Source of the DNA: Beijerinckiaceae bacterium
GTDB taxonomy: Bacteria > Pseudomonadota > Alphaproteobacteria > Rhizobiales > Beijerinckiaceae
Direction: 5' to 3'
Assembly: GCA_030684835.1 (NCBI GenBank)
Contig: JAUXWZ010000146.1
Location: 24,425-88,424, forward strand
DNA length: 64,000 nucleotides
The notes below the pieces were generated by a model. That model did not search any database and was not told the origin of the DNA. It was given only the letters and a program-made list of their open reading frames with translations. Every line of letters begins with the position of its first letter. The stretch's first letter is position 1. Shown here piece by piece: positions 1 through 11,252 of this stretch. The translations under genes and the position numbers were made by a program.

Positions 1-3000
1 GCGCTGATGGAGCCGTGGGACGGCCCCGCCGCAATGGCTTTCACCGACGGGCGCCAGATTGGCGCCACGCTGGACCGCAACGGCCTGCGCCCGGCGCGCT
101 ATCTTGTGACCGATGACGACCTCGTCGTCATGGCGTCTGAAATGGGCGTGCTGCCGATCCCTGAAGAGAAGATCATCAAGAAGTGGCGCCTGCAGCCAGG
201 CAAGATGCTGCTTGTTGACCTTGAAGAAGGCTGCATCGTCTCCGACGATGAGATGAAGCGGACGCTCTCGACGTCCCATCCCTATCAGAAATGGCTCGAT
301 CGCACGCAGATCGTGCTGGAAGACCTCAAGCCAGTGGAGGCGCGCGCAGCGCGTACGGACGTGTCGCTGCTCGATCGTCAGCAGGCCTTCGGCTACACGC
401 AGGAAGACCTGTCGATTCTGCTCGCGCCTATGGCGATCACCGGCGAAGAGGCGACAGGCTCGATGGGGACGGATACGCCGCTTTCGGCGCTCTCCAGCCT
501 GTCAAAACTGCTCTACACCTATTTCAAGCAGAACTTTGCGCAGGTGACGAACCCGCCGATCGACCCGATCCGCGAGCAGCTCGTTATGAGCCTTGTATCT
601 TTTATCGGCCCGCGGCCGAACATCTTTGACCTTGAAGGCAACGCCAAGCGCAAGCGACTCGAGGTTCGGCAGCCGATCCTCACGAATGGTGATCTCGAAA
701 AGATCCGCATCATTGGCTCGTTCGAGGATTCCTTCGACACCAAGACGCTCGACATCACTTACATGAGCGAGCGCGGCGCCGACGCGATGGAATCCATGCT
801 GGAGCGGCTTTGCCAGCGCGCGGAAGACGCTGTGCGCGGCGGGTACAATATCATCATCCTGTCCGACCGCCTCGTCGGGCCCGACCGCATCGCCATTCCG
901 GCGTTGCTGGCGACAGCGGCTGTGCATCATCACCTGATCCGCAAGGGTCTGCGCACGTCGGTCGGTCTCGTCGTGGAGACAGGTGAAGCGCGTGAAGTGC
1001 ATCACTTCGCCTGCCTCGCGGGCTATGGCGCGGAAGCGGTAAATCCCTGGCTCGTGTTCGACACGCTCGCGGCGATGGCGAAGGAATTTCCCGAGGAAGT
1101 GGACGGCTACGAAGCCTGCAAGCGCTTCATCAAGTCCGTGGATAAGGGATTGCTGAAGGTGATGTCCAAGATGGGCATTTCCACTTACCAATCATATTGC
1201 GGCGCGCAGATCTTCGACGCCATTGGCCTGTCGAAGTCCTTCGTCGACCGTTTCTTCACTGGTACGCAGTCGCGCATTGGCGGCGTTGGCCTTGCGGAAG
1301 TTGCGCAAGAAACGGCGGAGCGCCATGCTGACGCTTTCGGCGACTCGCCGGTTTATCGCACGGCGCTGGCGGTTGGCGGCGAGTACGCCTATCGCATCCG
1401 CGGCGAGGCGCATTCCTGGTCGCCGCAATCGGTGTCGCTTTTGCAGCACGCGGTGCGCGGCAATGCGCAGGAGAAGTATCGCGATTACGCCAAGTTGCTG
1501 AACGATCAGGAAGAGCGCTTTTTGACGTTGCGCGGCTTGTTCCGCATCCGCACCGCGGAAGAGGAAGGCCGCAAGCCCGTGCCGCTGGAGGAAGTTGAAT
1601 CAGCCGCGTCCATCGTGCGTCGCTTTGCGACAGGCGCGATGTCATATGGCTCGATCTCGCGCGAGGCGCACACCACGCTGGCGATTGCGATGAATCGCAT
1701 CGGCGGCAAGTCGAACACGGGCGAGGGCGGCGAGGAGGCGGATCGCTACAAGCCGATGGCCAATGGCGACTCCAAGCGTTCCGCCATCAAGCAGGTGGCG
1801 TCTGGCCGTTTTGGCGTGACGGCGGAATACCTCGTCAATTCGGACATGATTCAAATCAAGATGGCGCAGGGCGCAAAGCCCGGCGAAGGCGGCCAATTGC
1901 CGGGCCACAAGGTCGACGCGGTGATCGCCAAGGTGCGCCATTCGACGCCGGGCGTCGGCCTTATCTCGCCGCCGCCCCATCACGACATCTATTCCATCGA
2001 AGATCTTGCGCAGCTGATCTTCGACTTGAAGAACGTCAATCCGCGCGCCGCCGTGTCGGTGAAGCTCGTGTCGGAAATTGGCGTCGGCACAGTCGCCGCC
2101 GGTGTTTCGAAGGGCCGCGCGGATCACGTGACGATTTCGGGCTATGAGGGCGGTACGGGCGCATCGCCGCTGACTTCAATCAAGCACGCGGGCAGCCCCT
2201 GGGAAATCGGGCTTGCCGAAACGCACCAGACGCTCGTCTACAATCGCCTGCGCTCGCGCATTGCAGTGCAGGTCGACGGCGGCTTGCGCACAGGCCGCGA
2301 CGTCATTATCGGCGCGCTGCTCGGCGCTGACGAGTTCGGCTTTGCGACCGCGCCGCTGATTGCAGCCGGTTGCATCATGATGCGCAAGTGTCATCTCAAC
2401 ACCTGCCCGGTGGGCGTTGCGACGCAGGATCCCGTGCTGCGCAAGCGCTTCGTTGGCCAGCCTGAGCACGTCATCAACTTCTTCTTCTTCGTTGCCGACG
2501 AAGTGCGCGAGTGGATGGCGAAGCTGGGCTACCGCACGTTCAACGAAATGGTCGGCCAGTTGCAGATGCTCGACAAGACCGAAGCGGTGAACCACTGGAA
2601 GGCCAAGGGACTCGATTTCTCGGCGCTGTTTCACAAGCCGGAGGTCGGTCCGGATGTGGACATCTTCCACACGCAGACGCAGGATCACGGCCTCGACAAG
2701 GTTATGGACCAGAGGCTTATTGCACAGGCGCGCGGGGCTATCGATAACAAGACGCACGTCGACATCAGCGGGACGATTGGCAGCGTGGATCGTGCGACCG
2801 GCGCCATGCTGTCGGGCGAAATCGCCTTGCGGTACGGCTATGACGGCCTGCCCGACGACACGATCCGCATTTGCCTGAAAGGCACGGCCGGTCAGAGCTT
2901 TGGCGCATGGCTCGCCCGCGGCGTGACGCTCGAGCTCGACGGACAAGCCAACGATTATGTCGGCAAAGGCCTTTCAGGGGGACGTATCATCATCCGCCCG

Positions 3001-3603
3001 CCGGTCGAGGCGACGCAGATCACGCCCCATGAGTCGATCATCGTGGGCAACACGGTTCTCTACGGCGCCATCGCTGGCGAATGTTACTTCCATGGCGTTG
3101 CGGGCGAACGCTTCGCCGTGCGCAATTCCGGCGCGATCGCGGTTGTCGAAGGCACGGGCGATCACGGTTGCGAATACATGACCGGCGGCGTCGTCGTCGT
3201 GCTGGGCCCCACGGGCCGCAACTTTGCGGCGGGCATGTCAGGCGGCATCGCCTATGTGCTTGATGAGGATAATCAGTTCGAAACGCGCTGCAATCTTTCG
3301 ATGGTCGAGCTGGAATCTGTTGCGGAAGAAGAAGAGCTGAATCAACGACTCCACCACCAGGGCGGCGACTTGCAGATTCACGGCCGGGTGGACGTGATGA
3401 GCGACATGACGCGCTTCGACGCCGAGCGCCTGAACCAGCTCATCTCGAACCATTTGCGCTACACAGGTTCGAGCCGCGCGAAGGACATCCTCGACAATTG
3501 GGATGTGTACAAGGGCAAGTTCCGCAAAGTGATGCCGGTCGAGTATCGGCGCGCGCTGAACGAAATGATGCAACAGCAGCCCGCGGCTGTGGCGGGGGAG
3601 TGA
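1..3603 (+). CDS. gltB: Glutamate synthase large subunit (5' end lies before the window)
   Basis: The frame is open from base 1. It contains EPWDGPA...DRNGLRP, the FMN-barrel motifs [15 protein letters not shown] and [10 protein letters not shown], the Fe-S motif [15 protein letters not shown], and C-terminal GXGXG repeats. Confidence 0.98.
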   Translation, partial: ALMEPWDGPAAMAFTDGRQIGATLDRNGLRPARYLVTDDDLVVMASEMGVLPIPEEKIIKKWRLQPGKMLLVDLEEGCIVSDDEMKRTLSTSHPYQKWLDRTQIVLEDLKPVEARAARTDVSLLDRQQAFGYTQEDLSILLAPMAITGEEATGSMGTDTPLSALSSLSKLLYTYFKQNFAQVTNPPIDPIREQLVMSLVSFIGPRPNIFDLEGNAKRKRLEVRQPILTNGDLEKIRIIGSFEDSFDTKTLDITYMSERGADAMESMLERLCQRAEDAVRGGYNIIILSDRLVGPDRIAIPALLATAAVHHHLIRKGLRTSVGLVVETGEAREVHHFACLAGYGAEAVNPWLVFDTLAAMAKEFPEEVDGYEACKRFIKSVDKGLLKVMSKMGISTYQSYCGAQIFDAIGLSKSFVDRFFTGTQSRIGGVGLAEVAQETAERHADAFGDSPVYRTALAVGGEYAYRIRGEAHSWSPQSVSLLQHAVRGNAQEKYRDYAKLLNDQEERFLTLRGLFRIRTAEEEGRKPVPLEEVESAASIVRRFATGAMSYGSISREAHTTLAIAMNRIGGKSNTGEGGEEADRYKPMANGDSKRSAIKQVASGRFGVTAEYLVNSDMIQIKMAQGAKPGEGGQLPGHKVDAVIAKVRHSTPGVGLISPPPHHDIYSIEDLAQLIFDLKNVNPRAAVSVKLVSEIGVGTVAAGVSKGRADHVTISGYEGGTGASPLTSIKHAGSPWEIGLAETHQTLVYNRLRSRIAVQVDGGLRTGRDVIIGALLGADEFGFATAPLIAAGCIMMRKCHLNTCPVGVATQDPVLRKRFVGQPEHVINFFFFVADEVREWMAKLGYRTFNEMVGQLQMLDKTEAVNHWKAKGLDFSALFHKPEVGPDVDIFHTQTQDHGLDKVMDQRLIAQARGAIDNKTHVDISGTIGSVDRATGAMLSGEIALRYGYDGLPDDTIRICLKGTAGQSFGAWLARGVTLELDGQANDYVGKGLSGGRIIIRPPVEATQITPHESIIVGNTVLYGAIAGECYFHGVAGERFAVRNSGAIAVVEGTGDHGCEYMTGGVVVVLGPTGRNFAAGMSGGIAYVLDEDNQFETRCNLSMVELESVAEEEELNQRLHHQGGDLQIHGRVDVMSDMTRFDAERLNQLISNHLRYTGSSRAKDILDNWDVYKGKFRKVMPVEYRRALNEMMQQQPAAVAGE

Positions 3604-3606
3604 TCG

Positions 3607-5022
3607 ATGGGCAAGGTTACGGGCTTCCTCGAAATCGACCGGCAGGATCGCAAATACGCGCCTGCGGCTGACCGCATTCGTCATTACAAGGAATTCGTCA
3701 TTCCGCTCTCTGAAGCGGCGACGAAGGACCAGGCGGCGCGCTGCATGAATTGCGGCATTCCGTATTGTCACACCGGATGTCCGGTGAATAACCAGATCCC
3801 GGACTGGAACGATCTCGTCTATCGCGGCGACTGGGCGGAAGCTTCGCGCAACCTCCATTCGACGAACAACTTCCCCGAGTTCACGGGCCGTGTCTGTCCC
3901 GCGCCGTGCGAGGCGTCGTGCACGCTTAACCTCGAGGACACGCCGGTCACGATCAAGACGATTGAATGCGCCATCGTTGATCGCGCGTGGAAAGAAGGCT
4001 GGATCAAGCCCGACGTTCCCAAGGAAAAGACGGGCAAGAAGATCGCGGTGGTGGGCTCCGGGCCAGCGGGAATGGCTTGCGCGCAGCAGCTGGCGCGCGC
4101 GGGCCACGATGTCCACGTTTACGAAAAGCAGGCGAAGGCCGGCGGCCTGCTGCGCTATGGCATCCCTGATTTCAAAATGGAAAAGCATCTCATCGACCGC
4201 CGCGTCGGCCAGATGAGCGAAGAGGGGATCACGTTCCATTACAACGTCAACGTTGGCGTCTCGATGCCGGTCGATCAGCTGGTGGCTGAACATGACGCTG
4301 TGGTGCTGGCGGGCGGCTCGGAGAAGCCGCGCGATCTGGCAATCCCGGGCCGCGATTTGCAGGGCATCCATTTCGCCATGGACTTCCTGCCGCAGCAGAA
4401 CCGTCGTGTGTCCAACGAGCCGGTAACGACCAACGAGCCGATCCTGGCAAGCGGCAAGCATGTCGTGGTCATCGGCGGTGGCGACACCGGTTCGGATTGT
4501 ATCGGCACGTCGGTGCGTCAGGGCGCTCTGTCCGTGACGCAACTTGAAATCATGCCCAAACCGCCGGAGACGGAAAACAAGCTGTTTACGTGGCCCGAAT
4601 GGCCGCTGAAGCTGCGCACCTCGTCATCGCATCAGGAAGGCGCAGAGCGCGAATTTGCGGTTAACACTGTCGAGTTCCTTGGCAACGGTAATGTAAAGAC
4701 GTTGCGGTGCGTGCGCGTCGACGCCAAGTTCCAACCGATCGCCGGGTCTGAATTTGACCTCAAGGCCGATCTCGTCCTGCTCGCGATGGGCTTCGTTTCG
4801 CCCATTCACGAGGGCATGATCAACGCTCTGGGTGTGAAGCTGGACCCGCGCGGCAACGTCGCCGCCAACACACTCCAGTACAAGTCGTCGATGGAGAAAG
4901 TGTTCGCCTGCGGCGACATGCGTCGCGGCCAGTCGCTTGTCGTCTGGGCGATCCGCGAGGGCCGTCAGTGCGCGCGTTCGGTTGACGAAGATCTGATGGG
5001 CAAGACGCTCTTGCCGCGCTGA
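3607..5022 (+). CDS. gltD: Glutamate synthase small subunit
   Basis: MGKVTGF start, [10 protein letters not shown] and GRVCPAPCE Fe-S motifs, GSGPAG and GGGDTG Rossmann motifs. It begins 3 nt after gltB. Confidence 0.98.
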   Translation: MGKVTGFLEIDRQDRKYAPAADRIRHYKEFVIPLSEAATKDQAARCMNCGIPYCHTGCPVNNQIPDWNDLVYRGDWAEASRNLHSTNNFPEFTGRVCPAPCEASCTLNLEDTPVTIKTIECAIVDRAWKEGWIKPDVPKEKTGKKIAVVGSGPAGMACAQQLARAGHDVHVYEKQAKAGGLLRYGIPDFKMEKHLIDRRVGQMSEEGITFHYNVNVGVSMPVDQLVAEHDAVVLAGGSEKPRDLAIPGRDLQGIHFAMDFLPQQNRRVSNEPVTTNEPILASGKHVVVIGGGDTGSDCIGTSVRQGALSVTQLEIMPKPPETENKLFTWPEWPLKLRTSSSHQEGAEREFAVNTVEFLGNGNVKTLRCVRVDAKFQPIAGSEFDLKADLVLLAMGFVSPIHEGMINALGVKLDPRGNVAANTLQYKSSMEKVFACGDMRRGQSLVVWAIREGRQCARSVDEDLMGKTLLPR

Positions 5023-5056
5023 TTGCCGCATAGATATTCTTTGAATTGATAATACG

Positions 5057-5085
5057 AAGGCCGGTCGTAAGACCGGCCTTTTTCG
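5057..5085. terminator. Intrinsic terminator between convergent gltD and arsH
   Basis: Perfect stem AAGGCCGGTC-gtaa-GACCGGCCTT followed by a T-run. Confidence 0.85.
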
Positions 5086-5097
5086 GTTTTGCGCGGG

Positions 5098-5817
5098 TCA
5101 GATCGAACGCTGGTTGACCCGTTTTGAAAGCTGCGCAGCGCTTTCCTTGCGTTCCGAGTAACGATCAACGAGATAGTCCGCGCAATCGCGCGTCAGTAGC
5201 GTGAACTTCATAAGCTCCTCCATCACGTCCACGATGCGGTCGTAATAGGCGGATGGTTTCATGCGACCGTGCTCATCAAATTCCATGAAGGCTTTTGCGA
5301 CGGAGGACTGATTGGGAATCGTAATCAGGCGCATCCATCTCCCAAGCACGCGAAGCTGGTTCACTGCGTTGAACGATTGCGAACCGCCGCTCACCTGCAT
5401 GACAGCAAGCGTCTTTCCCTGCGTTGGCCTTACGGCGCCAAGCGTAAGCGGGATCCAGTCAATCTGAGCCTTCATAACGCCGGTCATCGCGCCGTGGCGT
5501 TCGGGCGAGCACCAGACCATGCCTTCGCACCATGTGACGAGATCGCGCAATTCGCGCACTTTTGCATGATCTTCGCCCGCGTCATCGGGCAGCGGGAGGC
5601 CCGACGGATCGAACGTGCGCGTTTGCGCCCCCAGTTTGCGCAGGATGCGCGCGGCTTCTTCGTTCGCAAGGCGGCTGAAGGAGCGCTTGCGCAGCGAACC
5701 GTGCAGCAACAGAATGCGCGGCGCGTGCGATGCCCTTGCAGGCGCGAAAAGCTTTTCCGCGTCTGTTGTTTTGAAACACGCGTCGTCAATGTTTGAGGCG
5801 ACTGCCGATTCATCCAA
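5098..5817 (-). CDS. arsH: Arsenical resistance flavoprotein ArsH
   Basis: [38 protein letters not shown] and [21 protein letters not shown] are ArsH signatures. The likely start is TTG 5817, overlapping the arsC stop. Confidence 0.95.
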   Translation of the reverse strand: MDESAVASNIDDACFKTTDAEKLFAPARASHAPRILLLHGSLRKRSFSRLANEEAARILRKLGAQTRTFDPSGLPLPDDAGEDHAKVRELRDLVTWCEGMVWCSPERHGAMTGVMKAQIDWIPLTLGAVRPTQGKTLAVMQVSGGSQSFNAVNQLRVLGRWMRLITIPNQSSVAKAFMEFDEHGRMKPSAYYDRIVDVMEELMKFTLLTRDCADYLVDRYSERKESAAQLSKRVNQRSI

Positions 5818-6232
5818 CGCGACGGCCCTCCGCATCTATCAGCGGCGAGCCATCTTCCTTGTTGAAGGGGCCGGGCGGAAGGCGATCAAGCAGATCGAGC
5901 GCCATGTCGCTCGGCCTGCAAAGGCGTACGCCCTTTGGCGTGCAGACGATGGGCCGATTGACGAGAATGGGATGTTCAACCATCGCCGCGAGCAAGGCTT
6001 CGTCGTCCACGTCGGGATCGGTGAGGCCCATTTCTGCGGCGGGCGATTTGCTGACTCGCAGCGCCTCGCGTGGCGTCAGTCCCGCAGCGGCGAACAATCC
6101 CAGAAGTTGCGAACGCGTCCAGCCGGTCTTGAGATATTCAATGACGGTTGGCCTGTAACCTGCGGCCTCAAGGATTGCCAGCGTGTTGCGTGACGTTCCG
6201 CAATCGGGGTTGTGATGGATGACGACGTTCAT
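5810..6232 (-). CDS. arsC: Arsenate reductase, glutaredoxin-coupled family
   Basis: HNPDCGTSR active site, and [10 protein letters not shown]...GVRLCRPS. Confidence 0.96.
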   Translation of the reverse strand: MNVVIHHNPDCGTSRNTLAILEAAGYRPTVIEYLKTGWTRSQLLGLFAAAGLTPREALRVSKSPAAEMGLTDPDVDDEALLAAMVEHPILVNRPIVCTPKGVRLCRPSDMALDLLDRLPPGPFNKEDGSPLIDAEGRRVG

Positions 6233-7305
6233 CTGACTGTCTCCAGCTTGCGCTTGTGATCCTCATCGGCCGACGCACGACGTTTCACTGCGCCGCCATT
6301 TTCGTACCAGCCCTTGCTGCGATTAACGATCATCACGAGAGCCAGCATCAACGGCACTTCGATCAGCACGCCTACAACAGTTGCGAGCGCCGCCCCGGAA
6401 TTGACGCCGAACAAACTTATTGCGACTGCAACGGCCAGCTCGAAAAAGTTTGACGCTCCGATCAGCGCCGAAGGCCCGGCGATGCAATGCGCTTCGCCCG
6501 TGACGCGATTGAGCACGTAGGCCAAGCCGAAGATGAAAACCGTCTGAATGAAGATGGGCACGGCAAGCAGCACGATGATGAGCGGCTGGTCGAGAATTTG
6601 CCCGCCCTGAAATGCGAATAGCAGGATAACCGTCGCCAGCAGGGCGGTTATGGACAATGGCTGCACTGCGTTGCTGAATGCCGCAAGCCTGGCTCCGCCG
6701 CCAAGCCATGCGCGCAACGCCTGCGCCACGAAGACCGGCGCGACGATGAACAGCGCAACGGAGATCAGCAGCGTCTCCCACGGCACGATGATCGCCGACA
6801 CGCCAAGCAAGAGCGCTACGATGGGCGCGAAGGCGAACACCATGACGGCGTCATTCAGCGCGACCTGACTAAGTGTAAACGGCGGATCGCCGCGTGACAG
6901 GTTCGACCAAACGAACACCATCGCCGTGCAAGGCGCTGCGCCGAGCAGGATAAGGCCTGCGATGTAGCTGTTGATCTGGTCTTCCGGCAGCAGCGGACGA
7001 AACAGCCAGCCGATGAAGAACCAGCCCAGCACCGCCATTGAGAACGGCTTCACGGCCCAATTGGCGAAAAGCGTGATGCTGATGCCGCGCCAGTGTTCGC
7101 CCACCCTGAGCATGGCGGCAAAGTCGATCTTCATCAGCATGGGAATGATCATGAGCCAGATCAGCACGGCGACTGGCAGATTGACCTTGGCAATTTCTGC
7201 GGCGCTGACCAGCTGGAAAAAGCCAGGCATTAAATGACCGAGCGCAATGCCCACGATGATGCAGAGAAAGACCCAGACGGTGAGATATCGTTCAAACGTC
7301 GACAT
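6229..7305 (-). CDS. acr3: Acr3-family arsenite efflux permease
   Basis: About 10 hydrophobic segments with FERYLTVWV, NWAVKPFSM, GAAPCTAMVFVWS, GASNFFELAVAVA and GVLIEVP. Confidence 0.96.
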   Translation of the reverse strand: MSTFERYLTVWVFLCIIVGIALGHLMPGFFQLVSAAEIAKVNLPVAVLIWLMIIPMLMKIDFAAMLRVGEHWRGISITLFANWAVKPFSMAVLGWFFIGWLFRPLLPEDQINSYIAGLILLGAAPCTAMVFVWSNLSRGDPPFTLSQVALNDAVMVFAFAPIVALLLGVSAIIVPWETLLISVALFIVAPVFVAQALRAWLGGGARLAAFSNAVQPLSITALLATVILLFAFQGGQILDQPLIIVLLAVPIFIQTVFIFGLAYVLNRVTGEAHCIAGPSALIGASNFFELAVAVAISLFGVNSGAALATVVGVLIEVPLMLALVMIVNRSKGWYENGGAVKRRASADEDHKRKLETVR

Positions 7306-7306
7306 T

Positions 7307-7831
7307 TTACTGGTTTCCCGCCTTGTCTGTCGCGCCGTCCATGCGTCCGATGTCGCGCAGCTTTGCGCCCAGCGATAGTTTGTCGACGCTTCGGATTGGC
7401 AGGTTCACAAAGGCGCCGATGCGATTGCGGAGGTAGCGGAAAGCGTTATTGAACGCCGCCTGCTTTTCGATGTCGGTTCCTTGCTCCGCCGCCGGGTCCG
7501 GGATGCCCCAATGCGCCGTCATCGGCTGGCCGGGCCAAAAGGGACAGGCTTCGCCAGCGGCGCTGTCGCAAACAGTGAAGACAAAATCCATCACGGGCGC
7601 GTCAGGCGTGGCGAATTCTTCCCAGCTTTTGGAGCGCATATCGCTCGCCGGGTAGCCAAACGCTTCAAGCGTGCTGAGCGAAAATGGGTTGACCGTCCCC
7701 TTAGGCTGGCTACCGGCGGAAAACGCCCGAAATTTTCCCGCGCCATCCTTGCGCAAAATGCCTTCGGCCATGATTGAGCGGGCGGTGTTGCCCGTGCACA
7801 GGAACAGGACATTGTAGATCGACTCGCTCAT
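7307..7831 (-). CDS. arsC: Arsenate reductase, thioredoxin-coupled LMW-PTPase fold
   Basis: NVLFLCTGNTARS P-loop, TVCDSAAGEACP resolving Cys pair and HWGIPDP. ATG 7831 overlaps the arsR stop (ATGA). Confidence 0.92.
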   Translation of the reverse strand: MSESIYNVLFLCTGNTARSIMAEGILRKDGAGKFRAFSAGSQPKGTVNPFSLSTLEAFGYPASDMRSKSWEEFATPDAPVMDFVFTVCDSAAGEACPFWPGQPMTAHWGIPDPAAEQGTDIEKQAAFNNAFRYLRNRIGAFVNLPIRSVDKLSLGAKLRDIGRMDGATDKAGNQ

Positions 7832-8178
7832 GGGGAAGCTCCGGGGGGACAGCAGGATGTGAGATCGGCGATGAGCGGCGCGCAGATTTCCGATCTGCCG
7901 CCACAGCAATCCTTTAGGAGGAAGGTGACGACTTCGCGCAGACGCGCGAGGTCCGCGCGGTAAATGATAGAGCGGCTGCGCCGCTCGCCGCGCACGAGGC
8001 CGGCCCTCGCGAGAACGGCGAGATGCGCCGACATGGTGTTTTGCGGAATGGCGATAAGGCGCGCCAATTCGCCGGCCGGGACGCCGTCGGGCTCATGCTG
8101 CACGAGCGCGCGAAAGGTCTCCATCCGCGTCGTCTGGGCGAGGGCGGTCAGGGCAGTGATGGCGTCTGTCGTATCCAT
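7828..8178 (-). CDS. arsR: ArsR/SmtB repressor with C-terminal vicinal cysteines
   Basis: ALAQTTRMETFRAL, HTH region QNTMSAHLAVLARAGLV, and C-terminal DCCGGRSEIC As(III) site. First gene of the ars operon. Confidence 0.93.
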   Translation of the reverse strand: MDTTDAITALTALAQTTRMETFRALVQHEPDGVPAGELARLIAIPQNTMSAHLAVLARAGLVRGERRSRSIIYRADLARLREVVTFLLKDCCGGRSEICAPLIADLTSCCPPGASP

Positions 8179-8213
8179 ATATCCAAACTAACGGATATAT
8201 GTGACACGTTCAA
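8176..8213 (-). promoter_or_regulatory. sigma70-type promoter and inverted-repeat operator of the ars operon (leaderless)
   Basis: The minus strand reads TTGAAC-N17-TAGTTT-N6-ATG. A perfect 9-bp inverted repeat CATATATCC-N8-GGATATATG (8176-8201) covers the -10 box and the start codon. There is no Shine-Dalgarno sequence. Confidence 0.75.
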
Positions 8214-8253
8214 GACACTTGCGGCTGCGGTGGTGGAATGGGGCCGTTAAACG

Positions 8254-10104
8254 CTACGCGTCCATCGTTTCCAACTCGGCGATCATGCCCTCGATCATGC
8301 CAAGCCCGATCTGCCAGAAGCCCGGATCGCGCGCGTCGAGACCGAAGGGCTTCAGCAGTTCGGTGTAGTGCTGCGAGCCGCCCGCAGAGAGCAGCGCGAA
8401 GTACTTGTCCTGGAAGCCGCCCGCAGCGTTCTGATAGACGCCATAAAGGGAGTTCACCAGGCAATCGCCGAATGCGTAGGCGTAAACGTAGAAAGGCGAA
8501 TGAACGAAGTGCGGAATGTAGGCCCAGTAGGATTCATAGCCGGGCCCGAAGCGAATGGCGGGTCCGAGGCTTTCAGCCTGCACGCTCATCCACAATTCCG
8601 AAATCTGTTCTGACGTGAGCTCGCCCTCGCGGCGGCTCGTGTGCAGCTTGCGTTCGAAGGAGTAGAACGCGATCTGCCGCACCACGGTGTTCAGCATGTC
8701 CTCCACTTTCGCCGCGAGCATCGTGCGGCGCTGCGAGGCGTTGCTTGTGTTGGCGAGCAGGGAGCGGAAGGTCAGCATCTCGCCGAACACGGACGCGGTT
8801 TCGGCAAGCGTCAGGGGCGTGGGCGCCATCAGCGCGCCGTTTGGCGCTGCAAGCACCTGATGCACGCCGTGACCCAACTCGTGGGCCAGCGTCATCACAT
8901 CGCGCGTTTTGCCTTGATAATTCACCAGCACATACGGATGCGCGGACGGAACCGTTGGATGCGCAAAGGCGCCGGGCGCCTTGCCGGGACGCACAGGCGC
9001 GTCGATCCAGCTGTCGTCAAAGAAACGCTTGGCGATGTCTGCAAGCCGAGGCGAGAATTGACCATACGCTGTCAGGACAAGATCGCGCGCTTCGTTCCAT
9101 TGGTAAACGCGCGTTGGCGCGTTCGGCAGCGGCGCGTTGCGGTTCCAGTAATCCAGAACATCGCGATCAAACCATTTTGCTTTGAGTTTATAATAGCGAT
9201 GCGACAGGCGCGGATAGGCGTCGCGCACAGCGTCAACCAGCGCATCGACGACTTCACGCTCGACGCGGTTCGACAGATGGCGTGAATCTGCGACGTCATC
9301 GAAGCCGCGCCAGCGGTCTGAGATTTCCTTGTCCTTGGCGAGCGTGTTTGTGATGAGCGCGAACGTGCGCAGGTTCTTTGACAACGTGGCGCCAAGCGCT
9401 TCGGCCGCAGCCTTGCGCACGTCCTCAGTCGGGTCCTGCATGAGGTTGAGGGTCGGCTCTAGCGTCAGCTCGCGGCCGCTCACATCAAAGCGCATGGCGG
9501 AGATGGTTTCGTCGAACAGACGATTCCATGCGCTGCGTCCGGTTACTGATTTTTCGTGGAACAATTGCTCCAGCTTGTCATCGAGCTGGTAGGGTTTCTC
9601 GCGGCGCACATCTTCGATCCAGGGACGGTAGCGCGCGAGCGGGCCCGCGCTCATCGCCTTGTCGAGCGCTGCGTCGTCGATGCGATTGAGCTCCAGCGTG
9701 AAGAACAGGAGGTCAGAGGAGGCGTTCGTCACGCGCTCCTGTGCGTCGCCATAGAATTTGGCGCGATGGGGATCGGTCGTATCGCCCGAATAGATCAGGC
9801 CGGCGTAGGACATGATGCGGCCAAGGAGATCCTCCAGCGCTTCATAATCCTTCACCGCCTCAGTAAGCTTTTCGCTCGCGTTCGGGCCGGTCGTGATGTC
9901 GGCCAGCTTGCCCCGCCATTTTTCCGCAAAGGCGCGGCACTCGGTTTCTCCCCGCGCGAGATCGCTCGCATAGGCGGGCGAATCCATCGCCGGGTATAGG
10001 TCTGCGAGGTTCCATTCCGGCAATTGGCCCAGATCAGCCGAAGCCCGCGCCGCCGCCTCTGCCGGAGCGAAGGCCGAATGAGTCGAAAACGCCTTGAGGG
10101 TCAT
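8254..10104 (-). CDS. pepF: Oligoendopeptidase F (M3B)
   Basis: LPEWNLADLY N-terminus, TLAHELGHGVH zinc motif, LAETASVFGE and HSPFYVYAYAFG. Confidence 0.93.
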   Translation of the reverse strand: MTLKAFSTHSAFAPAEAAARASADLGQLPEWNLADLYPAMDSPAYASDLARGETECRAFAEKWRGKLADITTGPNASEKLTEAVKDYEALEDLLGRIMSYAGLIYSGDTTDPHRAKFYGDAQERVTNASSDLLFFTLELNRIDDAALDKAMSAGPLARYRPWIEDVRREKPYQLDDKLEQLFHEKSVTGRSAWNRLFDETISAMRFDVSGRELTLEPTLNLMQDPTEDVRKAAAEALGATLSKNLRTFALITNTLAKDKEISDRWRGFDDVADSRHLSNRVEREVVDALVDAVRDAYPRLSHRYYKLKAKWFDRDVLDYWNRNAPLPNAPTRVYQWNEARDLVLTAYGQFSPRLADIAKRFFDDSWIDAPVRPGKAPGAFAHPTVPSAHPYVLVNYQGKTRDVMTLAHELGHGVHQVLAAPNGALMAPTPLTLAETASVFGEMLTFRSLLANTSNASQRRTMLAAKVEDMLNTVVRQIAFYSFERKLHTSRREGELTSEQISELWMSVQAESLGPAIRFGPGYESYWAYIPHFVHSPFYVYAYAFGDCLVNSLYGVYQNAAGGFQDKYFALLSAGGSQHYTELLKPFGLDARDPGFWQIGLGMIEGMIAELETMDA

Positions 10105-10203
10105 GAGTGAACCGTCGTCTGGCCGGAGGAATGTGTCTATGCGGATAACGCGAGGGGCGCCGATTTGGCAAGGCGCGCGAGGGTCGCAGGAGCGCTAGGC
10201 GAA

Positions 10204-10227
10204 TTATAGTTATCGTGATAAGAATAA
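10204..10227. promoter_or_regulatory. AT-rich imperfect palindrome, candidate MarR operator
   Basis: TTATagTTATC-gt-GATAAgaATAA lies about 50 nt upstream of the SsuA/THI5-fold gene, which is followed by a marR gene. Confidence 0.5.
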
Positions 10228-10279
10228 CCCGTTGAAGGCCGAAGATAGCCAGAGCTACACGGCGAAAGGGGAGGTTCGA

Positions 10280-11176
10280 ATGGCGAAATTCATTGTGAAC
10301 ACGCATGGGCGCCTGCAGGAATGGATCGCCCACGAAAAGGGCTATTTCGTCGAGGAAGGCCTCGACTACGAACTGACCCAGCACGGGTTGCTGACGAAGG
10401 CCGCGCCGGAAACATTCAAGCCGGGCGCAAACATCGTTTCCGATAATCTGACGGGCGCTTACCAGACCTACGAACAGGGCCGCGAGGCCTCAATCTCCTG
10501 CGCCTGCCATTGGACAGTGAACATGGCGGCCTCCGCCAGCCATGGCCGCCTCTGGGGTGAAGCCTACACGGTGTCGCCCTGCGGCATTTTCGTTCCCGAA
10601 TCATCGACCATCCAGAAGCCCGAAGACCTTGCGGGCGTCGATGTTCATGTCGGCTACCAGTCGGGCAGCCATTACACGACGATTCAGGCGCTTGAACAAT
10701 TCATGCCTGCCGACAGCGTCAAGCTGAAGTTCGGCGGCGGGCCGTCGGATCGCGTCGACCAATTGCTCAACGGGATCGCCCCTGCGGCCACCGTGTTCGG
10801 CATGCAATATTACATCATGGAGCAACTGGGTTTCCGAAAGATCCTTGATTGCACTTTCATGATCGCGGCCATGGTGCCGCCGGACGTTGATCTGGGCGAC
10901 GTCCGCAAATACTTCAACGCGCTGCGCAAGGCGCAGGCGGACATCGACCGCATGCATCAGTCTTTCACGCATTACTATCTCAACGAGCTTCCCGAACGGC
11001 ACGCAAAGCTGGTGGACGTGCGCCGGTTCGGGCCCGGTGAGCGCATCGTTTTTGAGCCCTATACGCGCGAGATGTACGAGGCCACGAAGGAATGGGTTGA
11101 GGAGCGCGATATCTTCCCGGCAGAGAAGGTGGCGCCGACCGACTATGAACAGGCCGTCGCCTTCGCCGCCGAATAA
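10280..11176 (+). CDS. SsuA/NMT1/THI5-like (PBP type II fold) protein without a signal peptide
   Basis: WIAHEKGYFVEEGLDYEL and IQKPEDLAG...GYQSGSHY match the family pattern. RBS GGGGAGG precedes ATG 10280. There is no hydrophobic N-terminal segment, and a CACHW motif is present. Confidence 0.7.
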   Translation: MAKFIVNTHGRLQEWIAHEKGYFVEEGLDYELTQHGLLTKAAPETFKPGANIVSDNLTGAYQTYEQGREASISCACHWTVNMAASASHGRLWGEAYTVSPCGIFVPESSTIQKPEDLAGVDVHVGYQSGSHYTTIQALEQFMPADSVKLKFGGGPSDRVDQLLNGIAPAATVFGMQYYIMEQLGFRKILDCTFMIAAMVPPDVDLGDVRKYFNALRKAQADIDRMHQSFTHYYLNELPERHAKLVDVRRFGPGERIVFEPYTREMYEATKEWVEERDIFPAEKVAPTDYEQAVAFAAE

Positions 11177-11252
11177 CGAATCACGAATCACGCTTTGTGA
11201 TTTTGCCGGGCGCGCCGTTTGATCTGGTGCGCCCTTGCTGTTCAAATGACCC

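Noticed and set aside
3238-4542. 434-aa minus-strand ORF over gltB/gltD, and similar long antisense ORFs (24328-25698, 38577-39815, 42904-44133, 44827-45753, 59918-60928, 61046-62452)
   Set aside because: These are shadow frames of GC-rich genes with strong codon bias. They show no recognisable motifs and fully overlap well-supported CDSs.
5484-5813. 109-aa ORF whose ATG overlaps the arsC stop, hinting at an arsH frameshift
   Set aside because: The ArsH frame is intact with its typical N-terminus (NIDDACF...APRILLL) and has an in-frame TTG at 5817. The alternative frame looks like noise.
5023-8253. Mobile-element ends around the ars operon
   Set aside because: No terminal inverted repeats, target-site duplication, integrase or transposase could be identified by eye.
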